A DNA stretch of 64,000 nt from Halarcobacter sp. (GCA_048571215.1 CP182352.1:672001-736000); one strand, 5' to 3'; positions 53,422 through 63,793 are shown, counted from the stretch's first letter. Numbers and translations are program-made. Notes: generated by a model from the sequence alone, not told the origin.

Positions 53422-54851
53422 ATTCTTTTATTACCATATACTTTTTCTATAGAACAATATCCAAAATGATAAGATGCAAAATTATTACAATTACGTCTTT
53501 TGTAGAATGAGGAGTAGAATTTTCCTTTATATTCTTGGGTAAGTTTTATATTTGACTGTTTTAATATAGGTAGTGCATCTATTGATAAATTATATAAGGC
53601 ATATCTATCTAATTTTTGAGGTGTATTTTTGAATTTTTCAATATTATGTTTAGCTACTATTGCATCAATATTTAATGAAATAATTACCGAAAACGAGATA
53701 ATAGCAATAAATGTTACAATATTTAGAAGTTTTGCAAAAGGGTATTTCTTTATAAGAAAAACAATACCTAAAAATAATACAGATATTAAAAAGTAATCAA
53801 ACCATTCCACATAATAACGCAATACTGTAGCACCTTTTATTGATTGATAAAGGTACATTTTTTTTAAAGATACGATACCCATAATGATACTTTGAACAAG
53901 AAGCCCCACAAGAAAAAACAAGACCAATTTCTCATTTTTAAAACGTCGCATTATAAATAAAAAGATAAGAACTACAAGTCCCATAACCAACATAAGTTGA
54001 AAAAAACCTTCTCTAGCAAAACTTGCTATATTTATCCCCTGTGGTACGTTTTGTGAATCAATTAAAAATGGTATCTGCATAAGAATAAAACTGATAAATA
54101 CAAGGTTGATTAATCCTAAAAATATTCCTACTATAAGTAAGTCAAGAGCTTGGGTTTGTGTTTGTTTGATTCTGTCTTTTTCATTTGAAAACCCATATAT
54201 AAATAGCCATAAAAAAAGTATAAAATATAAAGGTACACTCACTAAGTAGTGTATGGAAAAATTAAGATGAAAATCAAAAAGCTTACGGATAAAGTAACTA
54301 TAATTACTATCTGCATCAAAAAGCAAGGCTAAAAATATACCAACAAAGGGTAAGGAGATAGATAAAGCTAAGGCGATACGAGTATATAGTTTTGCATCTG
54401 GTTTTTTTGTGAAAATCCTAGTAAAAAAATCTTTTATATGTCTTACAAAATTAAAAGATAAAAAGAAGTGAGGAATAAAAGTTTGATATACAGAGTGAAC
54501 TTTTTGCATAGCTGTAATATATAATACAAAAAGTAAGATATAAAATATTATAGGTACAAAATACTGAACCATAGTGTTGTTATAATAAAACATATCCACT
54601 ATCATAATAAATAAAAATGGTAGAAACCACTTAGTGTAAGGATTGATAAGTTTTTGTGTTAATGTAGCGTATAAAAGTGGTAAAGTAAGTAAAATGTAAA
54701 ATACTATATGCCAACCACCTATTAAAAATCTTATTTTATAAAAATTTTCTATAAATGATAGAAAAATACTTAAAACAACTAGAGATATTCCAAATGTTTT
54801 ATTTGTAAGCATTGGGTTTAGTATTTGTTCTTTTCTTATAATTAATTGCAT
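53415..54851 (-). CDS. DUF4153/DUF4173-family membrane protein
   Basis: LFDAD, AREGFFQL, GAT.LR, LNIDAIVAKHNI, LSIDALP; start MQLII. Confidence 0.75.
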   Translation of the reverse strand: MQLIIRKEQILNPMLTNKTFGISLVVLSIFLSFIENFYKIRFLIGGWHIVFYILLTLPLLYATLTQKLINPYTKWFLPFLFIMIVDMFYYNNTMVQYFVPIIFYILLFVLYITAMQKVHSVYQTFIPHFFLSFNFVRHIKDFFTRIFTKKPDAKLYTRIALALSISLPFVGIFLALLFDADSNYSYFIRKLFDFHLNFSIHYLVSVPLYFILFLWLFIYGFSNEKDRIKQTQTQALDLLIVGIFLGLINLVFISFILMQIPFLIDSQNVPQGINIASFAREGFFQLMLVMGLVVLIFLFIMRRFKNEKLVLFFLVGLLVQSIIMGIVSLKKMYLYQSIKGATVLRYYVEWFDYFLISVLFLGIVFLIKKYPFAKLLNIVTFIAIISFSVIISLNIDAIVAKHNIEKFKNTPQKLDRYALYNLSIDALPILKQSNIKLTQEYKGKFYSSFYKRRNCNNFASYHFGYCSIEKVYGNKRIW

Positions 54852-54855
54852 TTTA

Positions 54856-56151
54856 CTATTCTCCTTTTGTATATTCAAACATAAGCTTTTTTACTTTTTT
54901 TGTTTCTATTTTTGCACCCATTTTTTCAAAAAGTGCATAATAACCAATCAAGGTACGATCTAAAAAAATATAATCCTCATTGACTTGATGCACCGAATTA
55001 AATTGCTTTTTTTGTACTTCAAAAATAAGCTCAAACCCTTTTTTTGAAAAGTTGTTATGTACTCCAAAATCATAACTTTTATTTTGCAATGGCTCGATGT
55101 ATAATCTATCAAGTGGTTTAATCACTTCTTGATAAAAGTGAAGCATTTTTTCTAAAGTACCTTCTTCTATCATCCCTAGTTCATGGTAGTGTTGAACTAG
55201 TATTTCATCTTCAACTTCATTAAACAAATCAATATGCAAAGCCGTGTAGCTAGATAAAAATTTTTCATCTATTTTTTTTATACATCCAAAATCAATTAAA
55301 CCTAATTTGCCATCAGATAAAAATAGAAAATTGCCAGGATTTGGATCTGCGTGTATCATTTTTAGTTTATAAAGAGATTCAAAGTAGTTATCAAAGATAA
55401 GTTGTGCATAGTAGTCTTTTTCTTGTTGACTTGGTTTTGTTGCTAAATAATCTTGAAAACTTAATCCTTCTAGAAAAGATGTAGTTATCACTTTAGATGT
55501 AGTAAGATTAGGTAAGACATCAGGAACAATAATATTTTTATTAGTTAAGTTTTTTTTGAAAAAATCATAGTTTTGTGCTTCTAAAAGATAATCTACCTCT
55601 TCAAAAAGTCGCTCTTGTATCTCTGAGATAATATGATCAATGTTTTGTCCTTTAGCAAATCGTTTAAGGGCAAAGTGTACTAAAGTCATATCTGTATATA
55701 TACTTTGTTTGATTCCAGGATATTGTACTTTAACAGCAAGTTTTTGATTTTTACTTTGAGCTTGATGTACTTGCCCTAAACTTGCAGCTGCAAAGGCATT
55801 CATATTAAAATTATCAAAAAGTTCTTGAGGATAGTTACCTAGTTCGGTTTTGATGATTTTACGCACCAAAGCTTTGTTTATTGATGGAATGGAGTTAAAT
55901 GATTCACTTATCTTTTCTAGATACTCTGGAGGAAGAAATGGCATACCCAATGCTATATGTTGTGCAATTTTCACTGATACTCCTTTAAGTTCCCCTAAGG
56001 CACTAAAAATAATATCAGCTACCTCTTCATGTGTTTGTGATTTGTCTTTATTGCTAAGATAGTGTTTACCTTTTACTACACCTATTTTAACTATAGCTTT
56101 ACCTACTACATTTGCACGAGATAATTTGGTCTGAGGAAGTGCTTTATCCAT
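54856..56151 (-). CDS. ABC1/AarF/UbiB-family kinase
   Basis: KIAQ, AAASLGQVH, AVKVQYPG, HADPNPGN, DFG. Confidence 0.92.
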   Translation of the reverse strand: MDKALPQTKLSRANVVGKAIVKIGVVKGKHYLSNKDKSQTHEEVADIIFSALGELKGVSVKIAQHIALGMPFLPPEYLEKISESFNSIPSINKALVRKIIKTELGNYPQELFDNFNMNAFAAASLGQVHQAQSKNQKLAVKVQYPGIKQSIYTDMTLVHFALKRFAKGQNIDHIISEIQERLFEEVDYLLEAQNYDFFKKNLTNKNIIVPDVLPNLTTSKVITTSFLEGLSFQDYLATKPSQQEKDYYAQLIFDNYFESLYKLKMIHADPNPGNFLFLSDGKLGLIDFGCIKKIDEKFLSSYTALHIDLFNEVEDEILVQHYHELGMIEEGTLEKMLHFYQEVIKPLDRLYIEPLQNKSYDFGVHNNFSKKGFELIFEVQKKQFNSVHQVNEDYIFLDRTLIGYYALFEKMGAKIETKKVKKLMFEYTKGE

Positions 56152-56881
56152 GAAGTACATCACCTAATTTTCGCTTTATTTTATCAAAAGTATTTTTTTT
56201 ATTTGCAAATTTTTCTAAACTTGAAAGCATATGTGTTTTAAAGAAAAACATTCCAAGGTCTGATGCTTTGTTTAAAATATTTGAATGAAGAACAGATTCC
56301 ATAAGTCCCAAAGAGTGATCAATAAACTGAGTAGTATTTTCGAACATCTCTGATTCATCTTTAACCCAATAAGCAACTACCATAATATAATAGTCCCAAA
56401 ATAAAGTAGGTAAGTGCTCTTTAAATGGAGGTACCATTATCTCTTGAGCTTCTATAGCTATATCTAACATCTCTTCTACAGTTAGTATAAAAATCTCATT
56501 TGTTTCATAAAGTTTATTGATTTTTAGTCCTGAGGAGTGAAATACCAAATCAGCTATTTGTATTATAAACTCTCTATCTTCTAAGTAAAGCTCTAACTCA
56601 GTTTCTACTAGTGTTTGTAACTGTTCTCGTAAAGAGTAGGTATGAAAATCCTCTATATCTTGTAAAATAGCAATAGTCTCTTTGTGTTTTTGTTCAATAT
56701 AGGCATAGAGAAGTTTCTCTTTTGATGGAAAGTAGTTATATATAGTTGGATTACTAACTCCAGCACTTTTAGCCATCTCTCTAAGTGAAGCATTTTCAAA
56801 CCCTTTTTCTATAATAAGTTCTACGGCTGATTTAAGTATTTTAATCTTTGTTTTTTCTTTAGCTGATTGTGATATTTTCAT
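56144..56881 (-). CDS. TetR-family regulator
   Basis: ASLREMAKSAGVSNPTIYNYFPSKEKL HTH. Confidence 0.92.
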   Translation of the reverse strand: MKISQSAKEKTKIKILKSAVELIIEKGFENASLREMAKSAGVSNPTIYNYFPSKEKLLYAYIEQKHKETIAILQDIEDFHTYSLREQLQTLVETELELYLEDREFIIQIADLVFHSSGLKINKLYETNEIFILTVEEMLDIAIEAQEIMVPPFKEHLPTLFWDYYIMVVAYWVKDESEMFENTTQFIDHSLGLMESVLHSNILNKASDLGMFFFKTHMLSSLEKFANKKNTFDKIKRKLGDVLHG

Positions 56882-57098
56882 TTTAAACTCCAAATATTTA
56901 ACTAAGTATAATATAAATACTATAATTTGTCAATATTTATTATATCTTTTTAAATATTTAGTGTTTTAAGATAGTTGTCTTTTATGTTGATAATTAACTA
57001 TTTAATATAAATATAATTATTATATAAGTTTAGCTAGAATAATGAAATTTCAGGGACACGAGATACCATTAAATAAACATAAGGAAAGTATTGGAAAT

Positions 57099-57587
57099 AT
57101 GAATTTAAAATATCGAAATGCTGTAGAAGATGATTTTTTATCAATTTGTAAATTATTTGAAAACGCACAAACCTTATTTTACTCATTTCCTAATTCTAAA
57201 TATCCATTAGATTATGAACAATTAGCAAAAATTCATAAAAAAAGATTTTTTCCTACTGTATTTTTGATTGAAAATAAAATCATAGCTTACTCAAATATAT
57301 ATTTTACGGAAAATGACCAAGAGCCACATATTGGAAATGTGATTTTAGATAAAAAGTATCGCAATAAAGGTTATGGTAAAAAAATCATGATGACTATGAT
57401 TGATATTGCTATAAAAGAGTTTACTCCTAGTGAAATAAAGCTAGCAGTTTTTGAAACTAATAAAAATGTATACAAGCTGTATAAATCTCTAGGCTTTGAA
57501 CCTTATGGAGTCAAATATAGAAAAAATCATAAAGGAATAAACCAAAAATTGATATTGATGAAATTAGAATTTAGGTTTATAACTTAG
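57099..57587 (+). CDS. GNAT N-acetyltransferase
   Basis: YRNKGYGK acetyl-CoA motif, LYKSLGF; start may be 57042. Confidence 0.85.
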   Translation: MNLKYRNAVEDDFLSICKLFENAQTLFYSFPNSKYPLDYEQLAKIHKKRFFPTVFLIENKIIAYSNIYFTENDQEPHIGNVILDKKYRNKGYGKKIMMTMIDIAIKEFTPSEIKLAVFETNKNVYKLYKSLGFEPYGVKYRKNHKGINQKLILMKLEFRFIT

Positions 57588-57631
57588 TTTAAATTTCTCT
57601 AAGTCAAAATAAATACCTTTAGTTTTCAAAA

Positions 57632-57708
57632 ATAATTCTTCTAATGTAGATTAAAATCGGCTGATAAGAAAATAAAGAGACAAAATTAATAAGATGAAGT
57701 TTTTTATA
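57632..57708 (+). repeat. 77-bp relic of the DUF4242 leader and first codons
   Basis: Matches 62836-62913; first ATG mutated to ATT. Confidence 0.85.
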
Positions 57709-57722
57709 TTGTTTTTTGTTTA

Positions 57723-58559
57723 TCAATATTTTGAAAACTGTCTAAGGTTACACAAACCTTGATATTGCGGAAATTCACTATTTATATTTAAAAAGTTTTC
57801 AGGGGTTGCTTGGGTTAAGCTTTTGAATTCCCTTATAAAATGGGAGTGATTAGAGAAGTTTTGTTTTTTTGCTAGTTCTTTAAATTTTGTATCATGTTCT
57901 CTGAATTTTATATAATCTAAAATAGAATAAAATCTTCCTATTCTACTCAAAAATTTTGGAGTTAATCCTGTGGTTTTTTTTAGGTTTCTTTCTATTTGTC
58001 TTATTGATAAGTTTTGAGATTTGAAAAAGGCATCTAAATCTCCATCTTTATATAGTTTATTTATAGTACATAGAGTTTCATTTTTATTAAAATTGGATTT
58101 ATGAAATAGATCTATCAAAAAGTTATTTAGTTCGTTGTAAACTTTTGTTTTATCATGTTTGCAGTTGTATATTCTTTCTAAAAATGATGAATCAAAATTT
58201 ATTGAAAGATCATCTAAAGTGTACATGGTATCTATTAATTCATCTACTGCAATATTGAAAAGTTTATAAAATACACTTGGATTTAGCTGGATATCAATAA
58301 AATATGCATCATCACTCACATAAGCAAAGTATGATTTCATCACAGGAGGATGAACATAGATACCCCTTTTCATTTCTCCATTTTTATAAAGACTAAAGTT
58401 TATTTCTCCATCTAGTACTATAAAAACAGTTGCACAACCATCAGGGATGATTTTTTGACAATTGATAAGATTACCATTACCATCTCCTTCTAAAAACCAA
58501 AAGACTTTTATCCAGTCTTTTAGTTTTTCGTGAGGAATTAGCATTGAAGATTTAAGCAT
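57723..58559 (-). CDS. AraC-family regulator
   Basis: IIPDG N-domain; LSIRQIERN...GLTPK; FSNHSHFIREFK. Confidence 0.88.
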   Translation of the reverse strand: MLKSSMLIPHEKLKDWIKVFWFLEGDGNGNLINCQKIIPDGCATVFIVLDGEINFSLYKNGEMKRGIYVHPPVMKSYFAYVSDDAYFIDIQLNPSVFYKLFNIAVDELIDTMYTLDDLSINFDSSFLERIYNCKHDKTKVYNELNNFLIDLFHKSNFNKNETLCTINKLYKDGDLDAFFKSQNLSIRQIERNLKKTTGLTPKFLSRIGRFYSILDYIKFREHDTKFKELAKKQNFSNHSHFIREFKSLTQATPENFLNINSEFPQYQGLCNLRQFSKY

Positions 58560-58607
58560 CTAAAACCTTAATTTTTTTAATAAGCTAATTATACTATATT
58601 AAATTTT

Positions 58608-60017
58608 TTAACCTAATTCATGGGCTAAATCAGACTCAGCTTGCTCAAGCATTGCAAACTCTTCATCTGCTGTTTTAGCCACTAAATGATTTTTACTATA
58701 TAAGAAGTAATATAAAGCACCAATTATATATAAAATAATTGTATAAACAAAAGCTCTAGGATCAAAGGCATAAACACCAGTTAAAGCAACTAAAGATAAA
58801 ACAAAGGCAATACCTGAAGTTATAGTTCCCCCAGGAGTTTTGTATGGTCTTGGCATCTCTGGGTTTTTAACTCTTAATAAAATATGACTTAATGACATTA
58901 AAGCATATGAAATAGTAGCTCCTACAACAGCCATAGCTAACATTAAATCACCTTCACCACTTAAAGAAGCCAAGAAACCTAAAACACCTGGAACAATTAA
59001 AGCCCAAGTTGGAGTTTTTCTTTTACTTGTTAGTGATAAAAATTTTGGTAAATATCCAGCCCTTGATAATGCAAAAATTAATCTACTATATCCATAGATA
59101 ATAGAGAAAAATGATGCAATTAATCCAGCTAATCCTAAAACATTAACAGTTGTCGCTAAAGTTGTATTTCCAGTTGCATTTAATGCATCTACTAGTGGAA
59201 CTGCACTTTTCCCTATAACTTCAGCTCCAGTTGCACTTGGAACTAAGAATAATACCAATGCAGCAGTAAATAGTAAAAATACCATTGCAGCAATAATACC
59301 TTTTGGTACATCTTTTGCAGGGTTTTTTGCTTCTTCCGCAGCTAAAGGAACACCCTCAACAGCTAAGAATAACCACATAGCAAATGGTAATGCAGCCCAT
59401 ACACCATACCAACCTAAAGGTAACATCTCAGTAGCTCCTGCAACATCAGCAGAAGCAGCGATATCAAATAATGTACTAGAATCAAAACTACCAAAAAGAG
59501 CAACGGCAGTTGCTAAAATTGCAAATACAGCTAAACCACTAATCACCATCATTGTCTTAAGTGCTTCCCCAGCACCAATTAAATGAATAGCAATAAATGC
59601 TGCATAAAATAGTGCATAAACAATAGGACCATTAAATCCAGTTAAAGCTTCAACAGCAGAACCAATAAATATTACAATAGCAGCAGGTGCTAGTGCATAC
59701 TCAATCAATATGGCAAGACCAGTTAAAAAACCACCTGCTGGTCCCATAACTTGTCTTGCAAAACTATATCCACCACCAGCAGCCGGAATTGATGCTGACA
59801 TTTCAGCAAGCGATAATACTAAACAAAAATACATTAAAGCCATAAGCCCTGCTGCGATTGCAAATCCACCCCAACCAGCTTCTGCTATACCAAAGTTCCA
59901 TCCTGCAAAATCTCCTGAAATTACATATGAAATCCCTAAACCTGCCAATAAAATCCAACCAGCAGTACCTCTTTTTAATTGTCTTTTAGCAAGATAATCT
60001 TGATTCAAATTACTCAT
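58608..60017 (-). CDS. eat: Ethanolamine permease (APC family)
   Basis: YVISGDFAGWNFG, WLFLAVEGVPLAAEE; downstream of eutBC. Confidence 0.9.
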   Translation of the reverse strand: MSNLNQDYLAKRQLKRGTAGWILLAGLGISYVISGDFAGWNFGIAEAGWGGFAIAAGLMALMYFCLVLSLAEMSASIPAAGGGYSFARQVMGPAGGFLTGLAILIEYALAPAAIVIFIGSAVEALTGFNGPIVYALFYAAFIAIHLIGAGEALKTMMVISGLAVFAILATAVALFGSFDSSTLFDIAASADVAGATEMLPLGWYGVWAALPFAMWLFLAVEGVPLAAEEAKNPAKDVPKGIIAAMVFLLFTAALVLFLVPSATGAEVIGKSAVPLVDALNATGNTTLATTVNVLGLAGLIASFFSIIYGYSRLIFALSRAGYLPKFLSLTSKRKTPTWALIVPGVLGFLASLSGEGDLMLAMAVVGATISYALMSLSHILLRVKNPEMPRPYKTPGGTITSGIAFVLSLVALTGVYAFDPRAFVYTIILYIIGALYYFLYSKNHLVAKTADEEFAMLEQAESDLAHELG

Positions 60018-60026
60018 TTTCTTTCC

Positions 60027-60881
60027 TTATTTTATTAAAAAATTTTCTTCATTAATTTTATTTTCTATTATTGTCTGTGTTGTTCTATCTTTTAGGTTTA
60101 CACCTGAAAGTTCTAGTCTTCTAGACTCTTTTAATAAATACATTGCCTTTTTTATTGCCTCCTCATAAGATAATCCTTCGATTCTAATATTTGAAATACA
60201 GTTTCTACTTTCATCTGTTAATCCAACTTTTGGATTGTAAGTTAAGTATAATCCCATACTATCAGGTGAACTAAGACCTGGTCTTTCACCTATTAGTACA
60301 AGTGATGTTTTAGAATTTAATATCTCTCCAACTTCATCACCAATTGCTACTCTTCCTTGTTGAACTATAGTAAGTGGTGCTAAATTCCAATCTTGGTTAT
60401 CAAAATTCAAAGCTTCAACTAACTTTTTTATAAATATTGATGCATTTTCTTTAATTGCAAGTGAAGATAAACCATCAACAAGTACAATGGACAAATCATA
60501 TTTTTCATCCTTTAAAGTATTTACTTTTTTTAATCTTTCAACAGATTTTTTATCTAATCTTCTACCTAAATCTGGTCTTTGCAAATACGTAGTTCTATTT
60601 ACTGCTTGTGAATGTAATAATATTGAAGTAAATATCTCTTGCTCTTGATTTAAAATAAGATTTGCATTTTCTAATTGTTCAATTACATACTCAACATCTA
60701 AAGGAAGATGGACAGCATCTTGTGCTTGTGCGTGGGCTAGTTGAAACTCTAAAGAATGGAAAGTTGGGATACTAACTCCTGCTCTTCCTAAGCCAATTCT
60801 AGCATCCGTATAATCTCTAAGTGCTGACCAAGGATTTTCAATAACATTTTGCTTATCATTTGCTTTTTTAATATTGTTCAT
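60027..60881 (-). CDS. eutC: Ethanolamine ammonia-lyase small subunit
   Basis: TDARIGLGRAG, YLQRPDLGRRL, IGERPGLSSPDS, RNCISNI. Confidence 0.96.
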   Translation of the reverse strand: MNNIKKANDKQNVIENPWSALRDYTDARIGLGRAGVSIPTFHSLEFQLAHAQAQDAVHLPLDVEYVIEQLENANLILNQEQEIFTSILLHSQAVNRTTYLQRPDLGRRLDKKSVERLKKVNTLKDEKYDLSIVLVDGLSSLAIKENASIFIKKLVEALNFDNQDWNLAPLTIVQQGRVAIGDEVGEILNSKTSLVLIGERPGLSSPDSMGLYLTYNPKVGLTDESRNCISNIRIEGLSYEEAIKKAMYLLKESRRLELSGVNLKDRTTQTIIENKINEENFLIK

Positions 60882-62281
60882 TAGTTAGATCCTATTGCAT
60901 TTGATAGTGATTTTAAAAATGTTTTAGGCATTTTGTCATTTAAAATGAAATTATCCATATTTTTAAAGATTTCCATTTTCTCCAACCACGCTGTAAATTC
61001 AGGTGCTGGTTTTAGATTTAAAACTTTTCTAGCATATAAAGCATCATGAAATGAGGTAGTTTGATAATTAAGCATAATATCGTCACTCCCTGGAATACCC
61101 ATTATAAAATTACACCCTGCAACGCTTAAAAGTGTTAATAGATTATCCATATCATTTTGGTCTGCATCTGCATGGTTTGTGTAGCATATGTCACATCCCA
61201 TAGGAACACCTAATAGTTTTCCACAAAAATGATCTTCTAATCCAGCTCTTGTAATCTCTTTCCCATCAAACAGATACTCAGGACCTATAAAACCTACAAC
61301 CGTATTTACTAAAAGAGGATCAAACTTTTTAGCAACTGCATAGGCTCTAGCTTCACATGTTTGTTGGTCAAGACCAAAGTTGGCATTTGCTGATAAAGAA
61401 CTTCCTTGACCTGTTTCAAAGTACATGACATTGTTTCCAACTGTTCCTCTATTTAAAGATAGTGCCGCTTCATGTGCCTCTTTTAAGATACTTAAGCTTA
61501 CTCCAAAACTTGAATTAGTAGCCTCTGTTCCACCAATAGATTGAAATACCAAATCTACAGGAGCTTTTTTCTCAATGGCCTCAATTGTATTTGTAACGTG
61601 TGTTAAAACACATGATTGGGTTGGTATTTCATATTTTTGGATTACATCATCCATAAGCTTAAGCAGTTTTATTGTTTGTTCAACATTATCTGTTGCTGGA
61701 TTTATTCCAATAACTGCATCACCATTTCCATATAATAATCCATCTAAAATACTTGCAGCAATTCCTCTTACATCATCAGTTGGATGATTTGGTTGAAGTC
61801 TAGTTGATAGTTGTTGAGGTAAACCAATTGTATTTCTAAATGAAGTTACAACTGGGCATTTTTTAGCTACTAGAATCAAATCTTGATTTCTCATAATCTT
61901 ACTAACAGCAGCTACCATTTCAGGAGTAATTCCAGCTCTAACATATTTTATTACATCAGGTGTTGTTTCATCACTTAAAAGCCAATTTCTAAAATCTCCT
62001 ATAGTGAAATGTGAGATTGGCTCAAATGCTTTTTCATCATGTTCATCGATAATAAGTCTTGTAATCTCATCATCTTCATAAGGTATTAAAGTTTCAGTCA
62101 AAAAAGTTTTTAGAGGAACTTCTGCTAATCTCATTTGGGCTATTACTCTTTCCTGTGATGATAAAGCTGAAACTCCTGCTAATATATCTCCAGAACGTTT
62201 TGGAGTTGCCTTAGCCATTAAATCTGCCAAATTTTTAAAAGTATATGTTCTATTTCCTAAGGTATATTTATAATTACTCAT
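60881..62281 (-). CDS. eutB: Ethanolamine ammonia-lyase large subunit
   Basis: RLQPNHPTDD, YFETGQGS, GFIGPEY, DICYTNH, LNYQTTSFHD. Confidence 0.97.
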   Translation of the reverse strand: MSNYKYTLGNRTYTFKNLADLMAKATPKRSGDILAGVSALSSQERVIAQMRLAEVPLKTFLTETLIPYEDDEITRLIIDEHDEKAFEPISHFTIGDFRNWLLSDETTPDVIKYVRAGITPEMVAAVSKIMRNQDLILVAKKCPVVTSFRNTIGLPQQLSTRLQPNHPTDDVRGIAASILDGLLYGNGDAVIGINPATDNVEQTIKLLKLMDDVIQKYEIPTQSCVLTHVTNTIEAIEKKAPVDLVFQSIGGTEATNSSFGVSLSILKEAHEAALSLNRGTVGNNVMYFETGQGSSLSANANFGLDQQTCEARAYAVAKKFDPLLVNTVVGFIGPEYLFDGKEITRAGLEDHFCGKLLGVPMGCDICYTNHADADQNDMDNLLTLLSVAGCNFIMGIPGSDDIMLNYQTTSFHDALYARKVLNLKPAPEFTAWLEKMEIFKNMDNFILNDKMPKTFLKSLSNAIGSN

Positions 62282-62797
62282 ATTAATATTTACTTTATAA
62301 ATTAAAGTGTATATCCTTTTTATAAAAGAGGTTACTACATATAGATTTTAAATCAACGTAGTTTATTAAAGAAAATTTTAGTATATATTCATGGGTTATA
62401 ATAGGTGTATTTTGTGTATTTTTTATAAAATGTCTAATCTGACTATTATCATGTTAGTATTTAATTTTTTTATGGTCTTAATTTTGATTAGTAATGTTGA
62501 TAAATTGCTTTAAAATGGCTAATTTTAGGCTATTTTATTTATATATAGTATTATTATTTATTTATTAAAAAGTTTTATTTTATTTTATATTTTTTATTTA
62601 AAATGTCGTTTTTTTGTTATACTTTTGCTCATTTTTAAAAAATTGTTGCAAGGGTTTAAAATTTAATAGGAATTAATATATAAAATAGCTTAAGAATAAT
62701 TTTTTACCAGAAACAGCAATTATTAATGTGTTATTACATTAAGAAAACATCTTAAATAAAGCTATCTATACATACAATATTATTAGTCTATCCCCTT

Positions 62798-62840
62798 TGT
62801 GATTGCTATCACAGAATAAACTTATCATTTCTTCTATAAT
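62798..62840 (+). promoter_or_regulatory. CRP/FNR-type site with class II promoter geometry
   Basis: TGTGA-ttgcta-TCACA (62798-62813) and TATAAT (62835-40); site centre at -41.5 if +1 is 62847. Confidence 0.75.
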
Positions 62841-62889
62841 TCTTCTAATGTACATTAAAATCGGCTGATAAAAAAATAAAGGAAATACA

Positions 62890-63186
62890 ATGAGTAAGAT
62901 GAAGTTTTTTATAGATACACATGACAAAGAGAGTGGAACTTTTCCAGCGGGGATTACTCCTGAACAAATGGAAGGGTTTTATAAGAAGTATGAAGCTGCT
63001 TGTGAGGAAGAGGGTGTTGTTTCTCTTCGAATACATGTAGGTTTTAAAGATGGAAAGGCATATTGTTTTAATATGGCACCAAATGCTAAAGCAGTGGAAA
63101 ATGTTCATAAAAAAGTGGGATTACCTTTTGAGACTATTACTGAGGTTAATACAATTTCTCCAGGTGATTTAGCACTATTGAGTTAA
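62890..63186 (+). CDS. DUF4242 (SCO4226-like) protein, no signal peptide
   Basis: FIDTH...GV...GKAYC...AP....V..VHK..GLP...ITEV. Confidence 0.8.
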   Translation: MSKMKFFIDTHDKESGTFPAGITPEQMEGFYKKYEAACEEEGVVSLRIHVGFKDGKAYCFNMAPNAKAVENVHKKVGLPFETITEVNTISPGDLALLS

Positions 63187-63202
63187 TTGTGATTTTTATA
63201 TA

Positions 63203-63229
63203 TCTGTGATGCCATTTTGGCATTACAGA
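63203..63229. other. Hairpin after DUF4242 copy 1
   Basis: tctgtgatgcc-atttt-ggcattacaga. Confidence 0.7.
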
Positions 63230-63258
63230 AGACTTGGAAAATAAAGAAGGAGATACAA

Positions 63259-63714
63259 GTGAACTATGATGATAAGTATAAAAGTGAGAATATGGATGAA
63301 AGTGATTCACAAAGACGTGATTTCATAAAAAAAGCTGGTGTAGCAGCTGCCATAATGGCATTGTCACCTACATTTAGCACAATTTCAGCCAATGATGCTA
63401 TAAAAAAGAATCTTGCAAAGGGCAAGATGAAATTATTTATAGATACACATGACAAGAATAAAGGAACTTTTCCAGCAGAAATTACACCTAAACAAATGGA
63501 AGGATTTTATAAAAAGTATGAAACTGCTTGTGAAGAAGAGGGTGTAGTATCTCTTCGAATACATGTAGGTTTCAAAGATGGAAAAGCATATTGTTTTAAT
63601 ATGGCACCAAATGCCAAAGCGGTGGAAAATGTTCATACAAAAGTAGGCTTACCTTTTGATAGCATTACAGAAGTTACTACTATAACTCCAGCTGATTTAG
63701 CACTATTGAGTTAA
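63259..63714 (+). CDS. DUF4242 protein with twin-arginine signal peptide
   Basis: GTG start 6 nt after AAGGAG; SQRRDFIK plus hydrophobic stretch, then a near-identical DUF4242 domain. Confidence 0.8.
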   Translation: MNYDDKYKSENMDESDSQRRDFIKKAGVAAAIMALSPTFSTISANDAIKKNLAKGKMKLFIDTHDKNKGTFPAEITPKQMEGFYKKYETACEEEGVVSLRIHVGFKDGKAYCFNMAPNAKAVENVHTKVGLPFDSITEVTTITPADLALLS

Positions 63715-63730
63715 GATAAAATTTTATATA

Positions 63731-63757
63731 TCTGTAATGCCTTTTTGGCATTACAGA
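63731..63757. other. Hairpin after DUF4242 copy 2
   Basis: tctgtaatgcc-ttttt-ggcattacaga, perfect 11-bp stem. Confidence 0.7.
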
Positions 63758-63793
63758 AGATTTAAAATCACAAAACTTTTTATCGCATAAATA

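Noticed and set aside
62282..62797. Cobalamin riboswitch or ANTAR hairpins upstream of eutB
   Set aside because: Very AT-rich; only weak hairpins near 62310-62365 and no B12-box or ANTAR loop consensus recognised. An Rfam scan would settle it.
63217..63258. TTG start at 63217 for the second DUF4242 gene
   Set aside because: It lies in the hairpin loop region without an RBS; GTG 63259 has AAGGAG at canonical spacing
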